30,582 nt of DNA from the IMG/VR virus record IMGVR_UViG_3300025626_000085, positions 1 through 30,582 of that record. One strand, given 5' to 3'. Of this stretch, positions 15,654-24,642 are shown in pieces. The notes under the pieces were generated by a model, which worked only from the letters and a program-made list of their open reading frames with translations, did no database searches and was not told the origin of the DNA. The first letter of the stretch is position 1; each line of letters begins with the position of its first letter. The DNA is from a virus. A program made the translations under genes and the position numbers.

Positions 15654-16121
15654 TTATTCTATTGGTAAATCACAATTATTATAACTAAACGGAAGTCTAA
15701 ATCCTATATTCATCCCCCATCCTGTCAACTCATCTTCAAATCTTTCTGTAAAACTAGTCAAAGTTCCTGACCTTACCAAGTTAACTTTTAACCAATCTAC
15801 ATTGTTGCTAGTAGCTGTCTTTTGTTCAAAGTATGAAACACAATCTAAAAGCACTTGACACATGTCAGACTTTACATCATTCTCATTAGACTCGTCTTTG
15901 TTTACTAGGTCCATAGCCATAACATTAAAATTCCAAGTAAAAGTTCCATCACCTAAATTAGCTGGCTGGTCAGCTACCCAAAACAAAGGATAGTTAAAGT
16001 CTGCTAGTTGGTTATGTTCTACTATTTCCCACAAGTCACCATTGCCAAAGTTCTCTATTTGCTTATGGTTAGTAGCAAAAGTCTTAAACTCTTTTAATAT
16101 TTGATTATAGGTTAAAATCAT
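15654..16121 (-). CDS. Hypothetical virion/neck protein
   Basis: 155 aa, ATGA-coupled to the upstream gene, between portal and fibres. Function assigned from position only. Confidence 0.4.
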   Translation of the reverse strand: MILTYNQILKEFKTFATNHKQIENFGNGDLWEIVEHNQLADFNYPLFWVADQPANLGDGTFTWNFNVMAMDLVNKDESNENDVKSDMCQVLLDCVSYFEQKTATSNNVDWLKVNLVRSGTLTSFTERFEDELTGWGMNIGFRLPFSYNNCDLPIE

Positions 16122-16666
16122 TTTTCACTATTTCTGTATTCGTCTCTCCAGCAATCACTTCTACTGCTACCACCTAAATAAAAGCTAGTTTGGTAAGCTG
16201 TTTTTCTAGGGTGTAAATCGTCACTAGTTTCCTTATACTTAGGGAATAAATTGTCATTGTCACATAAGTAGTTTATTAACCTAGCTTCTCTTTCTTCTGC
16301 TTTGTTCTTCCATTCGTCTCTAAGGTATTGTAAGTCTTGGTAGCTAATAGGGTTGCTGTTTTCGCTGTTCTTAGTTGCTACAGATTTATTTCTATATTTA
16401 AATAACATTGATGTGCTACACTCATACATCGTCCATTGTGCCATAGCTGGTGCAATATATACGTCCAACAAATTGACTTCGTCACTGTTTAAAGTTCCAG
16501 CAGTTATTTTAGTTTTTAAATCTTCATAGAATGGAGTCCCTAATATTGGATGGATTCTTAACTCCTGACAGTCTTTAATACTTGGAAGTATAAGTCTAAC
16601 ATCTACATTCTCGTCAATGAGAGTAGTGTTCTTTACATATTGTTCGGATATAAATAAAACTGCCAT
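16118..16666 (-). CDS. Putative head-tail connector/adaptor protein
   Basis: 182 aa. Position after the portal. N-terminal pattern (IDENVD..LILPSI..CQELRIHPILG...L...YIAPAMA) is reminiscent of gp6-like adaptors. Weak call. Confidence 0.35.
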   Translation of the reverse strand: MAVLFISEQYVKNTTLIDENVDVRLILPSIKDCQELRIHPILGTPFYEDLKTKITAGTLNSDEVNLLDVYIAPAMAQWTMYECSTSMLFKYRNKSVATKNSENSNPISYQDLQYLRDEWKNKAEEREARLINYLCDNDNLFPKYKETSDDLHPRKTAYQTSFYLGGSSRSDCWRDEYRNSEK

Positions 16667-16824
16667 TATATATCGTGTTTAATTTTAATTTCGTTTCTTA
16701 CATTTTTTGCTCTACTGCTATATGGTTGTAACACTAAAGCCTCTAAGTCATCCTGTATCATTTGAGCCTCTGTCTCAGCAGCTAACTTTCTACGTTTTAA
16801 TATTTGATAACTACTTAATTTCAT
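16666..16824 (-). CDS. Small hypothetical protein (52 aa)
   Basis: Hand translation: MKLSSYQILKRRKLAAETEAQMIQDDLEALVLQPYSSRAKNVRNEIKIKHDI. ATGA overlap with the portal stop and TAATG with the next start. Confidence 0.45.
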   Translation of the reverse strand: MKLSSYQILKRRKLAAETEAQMIQDDLEALVLQPYSSRAKNVRNEIKIKHDI

Positions 16825-18806
16825 TTCTTTTTCCTAACTATTTGCATCTCCCAAATGTGTCTACAGAATGGAGTTGTCTGTCCTGTTCTTGGATTATTAT
16901 ACCATCCACCTCGTTTAGTAAATATGTCTATTCCAGACTGACCAAAGTCATTAGTTAATAATTCTAATTGCTGTAGAGTATATCTTTTGACTCTAGACAA
17001 AGCCATCATTCTAATGCAGAAAGGTCTACTCTGTGTCTGTACTGCTGGAGCGTCAGGTCTTTCAGCATACTTATAAACTATAAATGTTTCATCCTCTGGT
17101 CTTTGAATACTTTGTTTAGCATCTTCTGTAGGTTCAAAATCATTGTTTAAAGCTCCAGCGTTTTGTAACTCAGACAACAAATCATTAATTATAGATTGCT
17201 CTATGTTTAAGGCTTGAGCTATTTCTGTTATAGGCATTTTAGGATTGTCTATAAGCAAATCTAAAATACTTTTTTCTGCTCCTGTTAATACTCTATTAAT
17301 AGCAAATTTATAGTCCTTTAAAAGTTCTGTTTCAAATTGTCTAGCCTCTTCTATACTTGTAATAGGTTTAACAAATGATTGAACTGTTTCTATTTCTTCT
17401 ATATCTATTCCAGTTGCTTCTAATTGATTGAATAGTATTTCATCCTCTACGTCTGTAAATTCTTTTTTAAGACTTTCGCTAGTTCTAGTTAAGCCACCAC
17501 TTAATCCAATAAGCTGTCTTATTTCTTCAATAGACATATTGTCTAGAACCTTAGTTGCTACTAATGGACTTAGTATTCCAATAGCTTCAGCTACTTTATT
17601 ACCACCAACGTCACTAGCTGGTAAACCAATTTTTTCTCTTAACTCATCTTGTGTCATTGCACCCATTACAGCTGTCTCACTAAAATACCTTTGGACTGGT
17701 TCTATTTTCTGAATTCTTACAGGTTCACCATTAACACCATTATAGTTAAGAATAGAATTTATTAACTCGTTAAATACTTTTTGCTCTGGGTCAATTTGTA
17801 AGTTTTGGTATAGTTGACTAGCTACAGCTATTTCGTCTGCGTTGTTTCCTAGTCCTGAATTTTCTTTAATACCAAATAGTTGAGGACTTGTTATTCCATG
17901 AGCTGTAAATATTTCTTCTCTTATTTGGTTGTTTAGATTTATAAACCTTTCATCTTGTCCATTAACTGGAATTGGCATTATTTCAGGGTGGTCACTAGCT
18001 TGGTCTGTAAAAGATAACAAAGGCTTTCCAGCATTGTCAGCACCAGTAGCGTAATTCTTAAACCTTTTTTCGATTTCAGCCATCTCCTGTTCGTTTGGTT
18101 GACCATTCCGAAAACTTATTATATAGCCCGCCGAAAGATTGTTTTTAATATTTTGCAAAGTAAAATTAGCTATCTCAGCATCTGACTCTAAATAAGGTAT
18201 AGCAGAAACATAGTCAGGAAGTGGATAAGCACCTAAGTCTGGTCTATATTCTTTGTAATAGATAACATAGTCAACATCTGGTTTAGCGTCATCATTGTGA
18301 GGAAACGACTGTAACACTTTAAAGTCATCGTTATTTTTTGGGTTTCTTGCAGACCAATCGTCTGTATAATAATACAAGTCATTGTCAACACCTGTTCTAA
18401 CATCGGCGAAATCTATGTGGTTAATTGCTGCTATTTTATTGTTTTTAGACATTCTAACCTGTAGACAAAAACCTCCGTAAACCTTTTTATCTTTAGCTAG
18501 TTTACCAATTAAATCGTCTAGGTTTTCATCTTCGTTAGGATGTTTAATAAATCCATTAACATAAGCTTTCTCTGTAAATGTCAATTTCTCATCTATAACA
18601 AAACCTTGACCAGTTATAAACTTAACTTTAGAATTAATAATTTGATTATGTTTACTAGACTCATTATAGAGTTTAGTTAAGTAGTCTGGGTAAGTGTTTT
18701 TATAAGGTCTGTCTGTTCCGTATTCGTACCAGTCTCCCTTCTTAGACTCTTTAAACTCAGGTAATTCATACCCTCCAAAATTTAATGGGATTAATTTTAC
18801 GCTCAT
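16821..18806 (-). CDS. Portal protein with a C-terminal extension of about 220 aa
   Basis: 661 aa. Its size and position are those expected of a portal gene, which is otherwise missing from the head module, and the N-terminal two-thirds looks portal-like by overall impression, not by a named motif. The C-terminus has an HTH-like MPITEIAQALNIEQSIINDLLSELQ and a Cys motif SRPFC...PFCRHIW resembling SPP1 gp7/Mu F-type head proteins. Confidence 0.7.
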   Translation of the reverse strand: MSVKLIPLNFGGYELPEFKESKKGDWYEYGTDRPYKNTYPDYLTKLYNESSKHNQIINSKVKFITGQGFVIDEKLTFTEKAYVNGFIKHPNEDENLDDLIGKLAKDKKVYGGFCLQVRMSKNNKIAAINHIDFADVRTGVDNDLYYYTDDWSARNPKNNDDFKVLQSFPHNDDAKPDVDYVIYYKEYRPDLGAYPLPDYVSAIPYLESDAEIANFTLQNIKNNLSAGYIISFRNGQPNEQEMAEIEKRFKNYATGADNAGKPLLSFTDQASDHPEIMPIPVNGQDERFINLNNQIREEIFTAHGITSPQLFGIKENSGLGNNADEIAVASQLYQNLQIDPEQKVFNELINSILNYNGVNGEPVRIQKIEPVQRYFSETAVMGAMTQDELREKIGLPASDVGGNKVAEAIGILSPLVATKVLDNMSIEEIRQLIGLSGGLTRTSESLKKEFTDVEDEILFNQLEATGIDIEEIETVQSFVKPITSIEEARQFETELLKDYKFAINRVLTGAEKSILDLLIDNPKMPITEIAQALNIEQSIINDLLSELQNAGALNNDFEPTEDAKQSIQRPEDETFIVYKYAERPDAPAVQTQSRPFCIRMMALSRVKRYTLQQLELLTNDFGQSGIDIFTKRGGWYNNPRTGQTTPFCRHIWEMQIVRKKK

Positions 18807-19204
18807 TGTCCTGGGTTATATACTACATTTGTAGTTGGTGAAACTGAATGCTGAGTAAATGACGGTTGATAAGTTGAATCTATTAATTTCATTTTTCCCT
18901 CTTCTACTTTGTTTAGTCCTGTTGGGTCTAGGTTTGTTGTGCTGTTTTGTTCAAATACTTTATAGTTATAAAAGCCTGGTGACCCTAAGTCTAGACTTCC
19001 ACTAGTTGGGTTATTAGCACCCTCTACAAAGTTAAATTCATTATATCTAATTTTATTAGTGCTTATGTCTGCAATGATAGTATAGAATTTAGTCTTAGTC
19101 TGGTCACTCTCAAACTCAAATAAATAATCTGGGTTTGTTAGTTGACTAAGTTCAAATAAGGTTGCTACAAAATTAGTTGTAGTGTTCTTATTTATCACTA
19201 TCAT
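18803..19204 (-). CDS. Hypothetical virion protein
   Basis: I prefer the ATG at 19204 (MIVINKNTT...) over the TTG at 19240 used by the track, because the upstream small ORF ends at 19188. Confidence 0.55.
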   Translation of the reverse strand: MIVINKNTTTNFVATLFELSQLTNPDYLFEFESDQTKTKFYTIIADISTNKIRYNEFNFVEGANNPTSGSLDLGSPGFYNYKVFEQNSTTNLDPTGLNKVEEGKMKLIDSTYQPSFTQHSVSPTTNVVYNPGQ

Positions 19205-19337
19205 TTTTCTTTTTTTTCTTTGTTTCAAAAACCCAATCAATGTTTAATTTCTTTAAAGTTGGGATATTTTCTTCATTCACTAAAATACTAAAATGTTTTA
19301 AGTGAACTGTTTTTCCTACGTATTCTTTTTTCAACAT
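19188..19337 (-). CDS. Small hypothetical protein (49 aa)
   Basis: Hand translation: MLKKEYVGKTVHLKHFSILVNEENIPTLKKLNIDWVFETKKKKKNDSDK. Confidence 0.4.
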   Translation of the reverse strand: MLKKEYVGKTVHLKHFSILVNEENIPTLKKLNIDWVFETKKKKKNDSDK

Positions 19338-19351
19338 AATTCAAATTTACT

Positions 19352-19385
19352 AAAAAAAGGGGACAGTTTTACCCACCCCCCTTTT
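19352..19385 (-). terminator. Rho-independent-type terminator after the 172-aa gene
   Basis: aaaagggg (19355-19362) pairs with cccctttt (19378-19385). It is a GC island in AT-rich sequence and lies 17 nt past the stop. Confidence 0.6.
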
Positions 19386-19401
19386 ATACAACAAAGAACA
19401 A

Positions 19402-19920
19402 TTAAGCACTAATTGTCAAACCAGCCACTACAGATGACTGTACCCCATAACATGGGAACTGACTCTTGTCAGTTAATTCTATTTGGTATTGGTTAGGGTC
19501 TCCATAAGCCTGTCCAGTTTGTCCAACTAAAGACGAACCTTCACAGAAATTATCATTTCCCAAAGCCCAATAAACACCGTTGTTATCTTTTACAATGACG
19601 AACAATCTAGCTAACATAAGCATTTTAATTTCGTTAGATTTAGCAGCACTCATTTTATTAATAGTGAAAGCTACAACATTGTCGTAAAAAGAAGTCCCTC
19701 CAGCTTGGTCTACAGTTGCTGTAGATGTCAAACTCCCTGACTCTTTCTTTAACTCATATCTATAGAAATTAGTTGCCGCCTCTTGCGTAATTGCTGAAAT
19801 GTCTCCACTAGCTAAAGTTGTAGCAGTAACATTATCTCTTTCAGAGATTAATACTTCTACTATTCCGCCTAAGCTATCTGAGCAATCCCTAGCTTGTCCA
19901 TTACTTAATACACATGACAT
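19402..19920 (-). CDS. Abundant virion protein, probable major tail tube protein
   Basis: 172 aa, bracketed by terminator hairpins directly after the capsid gene. The sequence pattern (GGIVEV..., LFVIVKDNNGVYWALG, GQAYGDPNQYQIEL) resembles siphovirus tube proteins. A decoration protein is not excluded. Confidence 0.45.
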   Translation of the reverse strand: MSCVLSNGQARDCSDSLGGIVEVLISERDNVTATTLASGDISAITQEAATNFYRYELKKESGSLTSTATVDQAGGTSFYDNVVAFTINKMSAAKSNEIKMLMLARLFVIVKDNNGVYWALGNDNFCEGSSLVGQTGQAYGDPNQYQIELTDKSQFPCYGVQSSVVAGLTISA

Positions 19921-19965
19921 AATTAATTGATTTTCAGTTAGTTAGCGTTTCAGCTAACAGTTATT

Positions 19966-19988
19966 AAAAAGGGGGTAATTAAACCCCC
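19966..19988 (-). terminator. Terminator/attenuator hairpin after the major capsid gene
   Basis: ggggg (19971-19975) pairs with ccccc (19984-19988), and A5 on plus gives T5 after the hairpin on minus. A second hairpin gttagc-N6-gctaac lies at 19941-19958. Confidence 0.6.
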
Positions 19989-19995
19989 ATTAAAT

Positions 19996-20940
19996 TTAGG
20001 CTAATAAAAATTCTACAACTTGGTCAGGAAATGCAACATTTACACCTCTTCTAAAAGCCATAGTAACTTTATAAATTCTGTCATTGTCATCGTACCAACT
20101 TCTAACATCGTTAGACTCTTCACCTGGTAAGTCAACACCTACATAAACATTAGACGCTCTCATTAGGTAACAGTTACCAGTTGCTAAACCTGAAAGACCA
20201 GGAGTTGCACATACAGTAACATTAGGGAAACCGATTAATGGAAGTTCAGAACTAAATCCACCTTCTACAACATAATGGAAATAGTTTCCATCAGCTATAG
20301 CTTTTTGGTATTTTAAGAAAGTATCCATTCCAACAAACAATTTTAAATCGTCTGCGTCCATGATATCTTCACTCATTAATTCAGCCATTCCAGTAAGGAT
20401 TCCAATAACATTAGCAGTAGTTATTCCAGTTGCCTGAGTGATAGCCGTTGGGTTACCATCAATAGCAGTAGCAGCAGCTATAATTTTATTTAATCCATCA
20501 TACTTTGATAGGTTAGCAGTTCCAGAAGTTGTGTCACCTTGCCAGTCAGCTACTTCAATAGCTTTCTGTAGTTTAGCAACTTTCTCAGCAAAGTATAACT
20601 CTTCAAAAGGAATCTCTTCTTTTTCACCAGTTAAACCAGCTTTTAACATAACTGCTGTATATTTAGCAGCTAGGTCAGTCATACATAAATCTTCGTGAAT
20701 TGCAACAGCACCAGGAGTAATAGTTCTTTGTGACAAAGTAGTTGAACCACTTGCACTTCTAGAACATCCATCAGCTTGAAAAACAACATCACTAGATAGT
20801 ATGTTAATTGTAGTAGGTCCTTTCACGCCATCTTGAATGTTAGCGTATTCTGAAAGTCTACCACCAGCTACAGACTTAATAATTAAGTCCATTGCATTTT
20901 GTTCGGTATATGCGGCTAAAGCCGAAACATCAAAACTCAT
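19996..20940 (-). CDS. Major capsid protein (HK97-fold type)
   Basis: 314 aa. Follows the protease and scaffold genes and is followed by a strong hairpin. Size and composition are typical. Confidence 0.75.
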   Translation of the reverse strand: MSFDVSALAAYTEQNAMDLIIKSVAGGRLSEYANIQDGVKGPTTINILSSDVVFQADGCSRSASGSTTLSQRTITPGAVAIHEDLCMTDLAAKYTAVMLKAGLTGEKEEIPFEELYFAEKVAKLQKAIEVADWQGDTTSGTANLSKYDGLNKIIAAATAIDGNPTAITQATGITTANVIGILTGMAELMSEDIMDADDLKLFVGMDTFLKYQKAIADGNYFHYVVEGGFSSELPLIGFPNVTVCATPGLSGLATGNCYLMRASNVYVGVDLPGEESNDVRSWYDDNDRIYKVTMAFRRGVNVAFPDQVVEFLLA

Positions 20941-20950
20941 AATTTAATTT

Positions 20951-21613
20951 TTATTTTATTATTTTTTTACTTTTTAAGATACTTATAATATCTTTTTTAT
21001 TTTCTTTTTTCAAAGCCTTAAAACTAGATGGTCTTTTAACTACCTCGTCTTTTATTGGCTCGTCTAACATTTTCTCTGTTAAGTTTAGCAACATAGAAAA
21101 AGACTCTTTAAGATTATTTATTTCTTCTTTTAGTTCGTTGTTTTCTTCTGAAATAGTAGCTTCCATTCCGAAAACTTTTTCAGTCACAATCGACTCTATA
21201 ATCTTTTTAGCTTCTCTTTCTTGAGCTTCACTTAAAGGACTAGACATTTCTTCCTCTTCTACAGATTCTGCTTCTACTTCTGGTTCAGCCTCTTCCTCAA
21301 CTTCAACAATAACACCACCCTCAGTAGATATAACTCTACCGTCAGATAATTCATGTTTACCGTCTGGAGCTGGCAAAAGTTCACCATCCATGTCAACAAC
21401 TACAGCAGCACCTACAACAACCTCAGGTTCAACTTGAGCAACAGTACCGTCAGCCAGTACAACATCCTCAAATTTTTCCTTTACAGTTTCAGTAGTTTCT
21501 TCCACGTTGTTTTCAGTAGTTTCAGCAAATTCCTTAGAATCGTTTTCAATGTCAACACCTTCAGTTTTAAAAATGCTTTTAATCTCATTGAATAACTCTT
21601 TTAATTCACTCAT
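20951..21613 (-). CDS. Scaffolding protein
   Basis: 220 aa, extremely acidic (EEEAEPEVEAESVEEEEM), helical/coiled-coil. It lies between the protease and capsid genes. Confidence 0.6.
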   Translation of the reverse strand: MSELKELFNEIKSIFKTEGVDIENDSKEFAETTENNVEETTETVKEKFEDVVLADGTVAQVEPEVVVGAAVVVDMDGELLPAPDGKHELSDGRVISTEGGVIVEVEEEAEPEVEAESVEEEEMSSPLSEAQEREAKKIIESIVTEKVFGMEATISEENNELKEEINNLKESFSMLLNLTEKMLDEPIKDEVVKRPSSFKALKKENKKDIISILKSKKIIK

Positions 21614-21636
21614 AATATATATTATTTATACTATTA

Positions 21637-21651
21637 TATATATAACAAATT
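21637..21651 (-). promoter_or_regulatory. Shared 15-mer tatatataacaaatt (minus strand AATTTGTTATATATA), candidate late promoter element
   Basis: Identical to 8-22 / 30463-30477. It sits in the 54-nt spacer upstream of the scaffold gene. Confidence 0.3.
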
Positions 21652-21667
21652 ATTTATAGTTTAACAA

Positions 21668-22573
21668 TTACAAATGTTTTTCTTTGTATTTCTTAACTAC
21701 GGAAATAATTTTACTAATTAAAGTAGTAGGGTATTTAGTGGCTTTAGCCTCTCCGAATATTCCCTCTACTGAGAATCCTTTAAACGTACCATCTTTAACC
21801 ATTTGCCAGACTTCGTCATTCTCTACTCTCATACTTCCCCACCATGAGCCATCTGGTGCGTTCTCAAATCCGTCAGGAGCTTTTATCCCTCTTTTGCTAT
21901 CTATGATTAAAGACTCAATAACATAGACCCCATTATCTTTGTAGTCTATATCATGCATTAAATTAATATTAGAATTATAATTATTCTTAAAGAATTTATT
22001 GACTATCTTTTCTATAGTAGGTTTTCTAAATACTACATAGTATTTCTCGTCTTGGTCGTTTAGTCTAATAATAGGCAAATCTGCTTTCATGAAATAACCA
22101 CTAACTATTCTTTTATCTTCGTCTTGAATCTTAAAAGCTGTTTTATATTTGTCTTTGGTTTTCATTTTATTGATTGCCCAATTAACACCAGAAGTTCCTC
22201 CCCAAGCATCCCACATCAAACCTCCACAACCCTCACTATAAGGAACATCTTTATGTTGTTGGTGTCTATTAAAACTAGCCATTCTACCAATAGTTTCCCA
22301 ACTGATATTCTCTTTATTAGCTAATTGTCTAGCTCTAGTCCAACCTACTTGAGTGCCACAATCTGAATTGTTTTCCTCTTTATATTCTATAGCTTTCTTT
22401 GCGTTGTTAGACGCTGAGTCAGGATAGTCGTTAAACGTTTCTTCAAACTCATGTTTCTTAAAGGATTGCCAATTACTCATAATAGCTGGATGGTCCACTA
22501 AAGCTATATAGTCCACTCCAGACTCATCCTCTTCGTCAATTATTAATTCTAGTAAATCTGTTTTATCTTCCAT
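21668..22573 (-). CDS. XkdF-like prohead protease with an inserted domain
   Basis: 301 aa. N-terminal IALVDHPAI and C-terminal WWGSMRVENDEVWQMVKDGTFKGFSVEG match XkdF/S78-like proteins. About 95 aa (aa 44-140) are inserted between them. Confidence 0.65.
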   Translation of the reverse strand: MEDKTDLLELIIDEEDESGVDYIALVDHPAIMSNWQSFKKHEFEETFNDYPDSASNNAKKAIEYKEENNSDCGTQVGWTRARQLANKENISWETIGRMASFNRHQQHKDVPYSEGCGGLMWDAWGGTSGVNWAINKMKTKDKYKTAFKIQDEDKRIVSGYFMKADLPIIRLNDQDEKYYVVFRKPTIEKIVNKFFKNNYNSNINLMHDIDYKDNGVYVIESLIIDSKRGIKAPDGFENAPDGSWWGSMRVENDEVWQMVKDGTFKGFSVEGIFGEAKATKYPTTLISKIISVVKKYKEKHL

Positions 22574-22583
22574 TGTTTTTTAT

Positions 22584-24641
22584 TTAAAATGTTGCCTGTC
22601 CTTGTATTACAGCGACAGAGTTTTGTGTTGATGTTATATCTGTTTCAGTTACAAATACTTGAGTTTGTTGTTGAGGGACTAGTGTACTAGTGTTAGCTGG
22701 TTGTAGTGTTGGGGGTGTTCCACCTCCACCACCTCCACCAAAAGAGGGAGTTTGAACTCCACCACCTCCAGGACTACTAGTTTGAAATTGTTGTTTAGAT
22801 ATGCTAGCCACGTTAGCTAATCCATTGACTATAGCAATTCCAGCAGCAATAAACGGTTGAGCTGGGAATAAGACTGTAGCTGGGTTTAATGCAGCAGCAG
22901 AAAAAATAGCGTTAGCACCTTGATAAGTTGACATAATAGCCTGAGCTATTTGTAGTTTCTTATTTATCTCAAATGCTTTTCTTTGACTCTTTTCATTGTC
23001 TTTAGCAAAAGCAGAAGTTAAGTTTATTAAAGCACCTATTCCCTGAACAGCTAAATCAATTTTAGCAGCTTCTACAGCTTTTTGATTAGCTAATATTTTT
23101 CGGTCTGCATCTTCTATAACTGCCTCTCTCTTTCTTTGGAAGTCGGTTTCAATAGCTAGTTTTTGTTCAGCAGTGTAGACACCGTCTAAAATAGCTTTTT
23201 GAACTACGTTCTCCTCATCCCATGCTAATTGTTGTAGTCTTAATTGTTTCTCTTGTTCTATTTCGTTTTGTATTCCTTCTATTTTAACTTTAGTTTTTAA
23301 TTGTGTTGCTTGTTTTGTTTTTTCTAAAAAGTCTGTTTCAAACTCTGGCTCTTCCTCTTCCTCTAAATCAAAGTCAACTATTTTTTCCTTTGTGTCTAAT
23401 TCATTTAATAAAGATTTATTTAATTTATTAGTTACTTCTATTTCCTTAATTTTTGCTTTAGTAGTTTTCTTTTTAGACTTAGTTTCTTTTTTTGTAACAT
23501 CTTCTATAACAGCTCCCTGTTCCATTAATGAAGCTATTTGTTTTTGAATAGAAGCATCTAATTCGTCTAAAGCACTTATATTATTTTCAGTTTCTTTTAT
23601 AGACCTTTTAGTAATTTCGTTAGCTGTTCCTTGCAGAGAATTGTGTCCATCCATACTCTCAAGTATTGCCATCAATCCTATGTTTTTGCCTGTGTCTGCT
23701 TCTATTTCTGCTTTTACTACTTTCTTGTACTCTTCTGCTCTTACTGAAGCTATAGCTTCTTGTTTAGCTTTTAATACTAATAATTGAGTGTTTAATATTA
23801 AAGCCTTGTTTATATCTTCTATTGAGTCTTTTTCAGCATCTATATTAGATAATAAATTAGGATATTTTTTTTGTAGTTCTTTTATTGCTTCGTTTTTGTT
23901 TTCTCTTGAAATTGTTTCATCTTCTAATAGTATAGATAATTTGTCACTAGCTGAAATTTCATTACTAATATTATCAACAGCAGTAGCACTAGCAGAATTT
24001 AACATTTCTTGTTGTTCTGTTACTCCTGTAATTATTCTTTTTAATTTGTCAAAGTTTGCAATTAATAAACCAACCCCAACAACTAAAGCACCTATTCCAG
24101 TTAAAGCTATTGCCGTTTTTAATCTTCCAAATGATTTAGATGTAGTGTCAACAGACTTGCCAAAAAACCCCATTATAGTTGTAGCTATAACAGTAGTAGC
24201 ATTGTTTAACTTTTGAAACGCTGTAGAGTTTTTAATAATATTATTGAATAACTTCATAGCAGATTGAGTTCCTTCAATAGCACCTTTGAAAGCCATAGAG
24301 ATTCCTATAGCCTTTTCTATGTTTCTTACAGTGTCCTCAATAGCACCACCTCCACCACCTAGTAGAATAAAAGCAGCTGAAACGTCACCAACTGCACCAG
24401 CAACAGAACCAAGCTCACTAGCTACCTGTTCATTATCTAACGCCTCCATGGATAGTTCTGTGTTTTTAATTTGTTTATTAACACCGACTAACTCTTGTTT
24501 TAAATCCTTAAAAGCCTTAGTCCCTAAAGGAACTTTTCTTAATTCCTCGTTTAATCTTTCTGCTTCCTCCTCTAATTGTCCTAGTGAGGTAGTTGCTCCC
24601 TTTGCATTTATATCTATTTCTAAAGCTACTTTTTCTGCCAT
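22584..24641 (-). CDS. Tape measure-like protein
   Basis: 685 aa. Long coiled coils, internal hydrophobic segments (AIALTGIGALVVGVGLLIANF), Gly-runs (GGGGGGG), and a C-terminal block AIMSTYQGANAIF...IAAGIAIVNGLANVA typical of TMPs. Confidence 0.65.
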   Translation of the reverse strand: MAEKVALEIDINAKGATTSLGQLEEEAERLNEELRKVPLGTKAFKDLKQELVGVNKQIKNTELSMEALDNEQVASELGSVAGAVGDVSAAFILLGGGGGAIEDTVRNIEKAIGISMAFKGAIEGTQSAMKLFNNIIKNSTAFQKLNNATTVIATTIMGFFGKSVDTTSKSFGRLKTAIALTGIGALVVGVGLLIANFDKLKRIITGVTEQQEMLNSASATAVDNISNEISASDKLSILLEDETISRENKNEAIKELQKKYPNLLSNIDAEKDSIEDINKALILNTQLLVLKAKQEAIASVRAEEYKKVVKAEIEADTGKNIGLMAILESMDGHNSLQGTANEITKRSIKETENNISALDELDASIQKQIASLMEQGAVIEDVTKKETKSKKKTTKAKIKEIEVTNKLNKSLLNELDTKEKIVDFDLEEEEEPEFETDFLEKTKQATQLKTKVKIEGIQNEIEQEKQLRLQQLAWDEENVVQKAILDGVYTAEQKLAIETDFQRKREAVIEDADRKILANQKAVEAAKIDLAVQGIGALINLTSAFAKDNEKSQRKAFEINKKLQIAQAIMSTYQGANAIFSAAALNPATVLFPAQPFIAAGIAIVNGLANVASISKQQFQTSSPGGGGVQTPSFGGGGGGGTPPTLQPANTSTLVPQQQTQVFVTETDITSTQNSVAVIQGQATF

Positions 24642-24642
24642 T

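Noticed and set aside
19205-19240. TTG-initiated N-terminal extension (MIGFLKQRKKRK) of the 18803..19240 ORF
   Set aside because: An ATG at 19204 gives a conventional start. The upstream 36 nt are better explained as the C-terminal coding part of the small ORF 19188..19337.
22715-22790. Gly-run region of the tape-measure-like gene (GGGGVQTPSFGGGGGGG) as a phase-variable homopolymer
   Set aside because: At the DNA level the glycines are encoded by mixed GGT/GGA/GGG codons (ccacctccaccacctccacc...), not a long mononucleotide tract, so slippage is unlikely.
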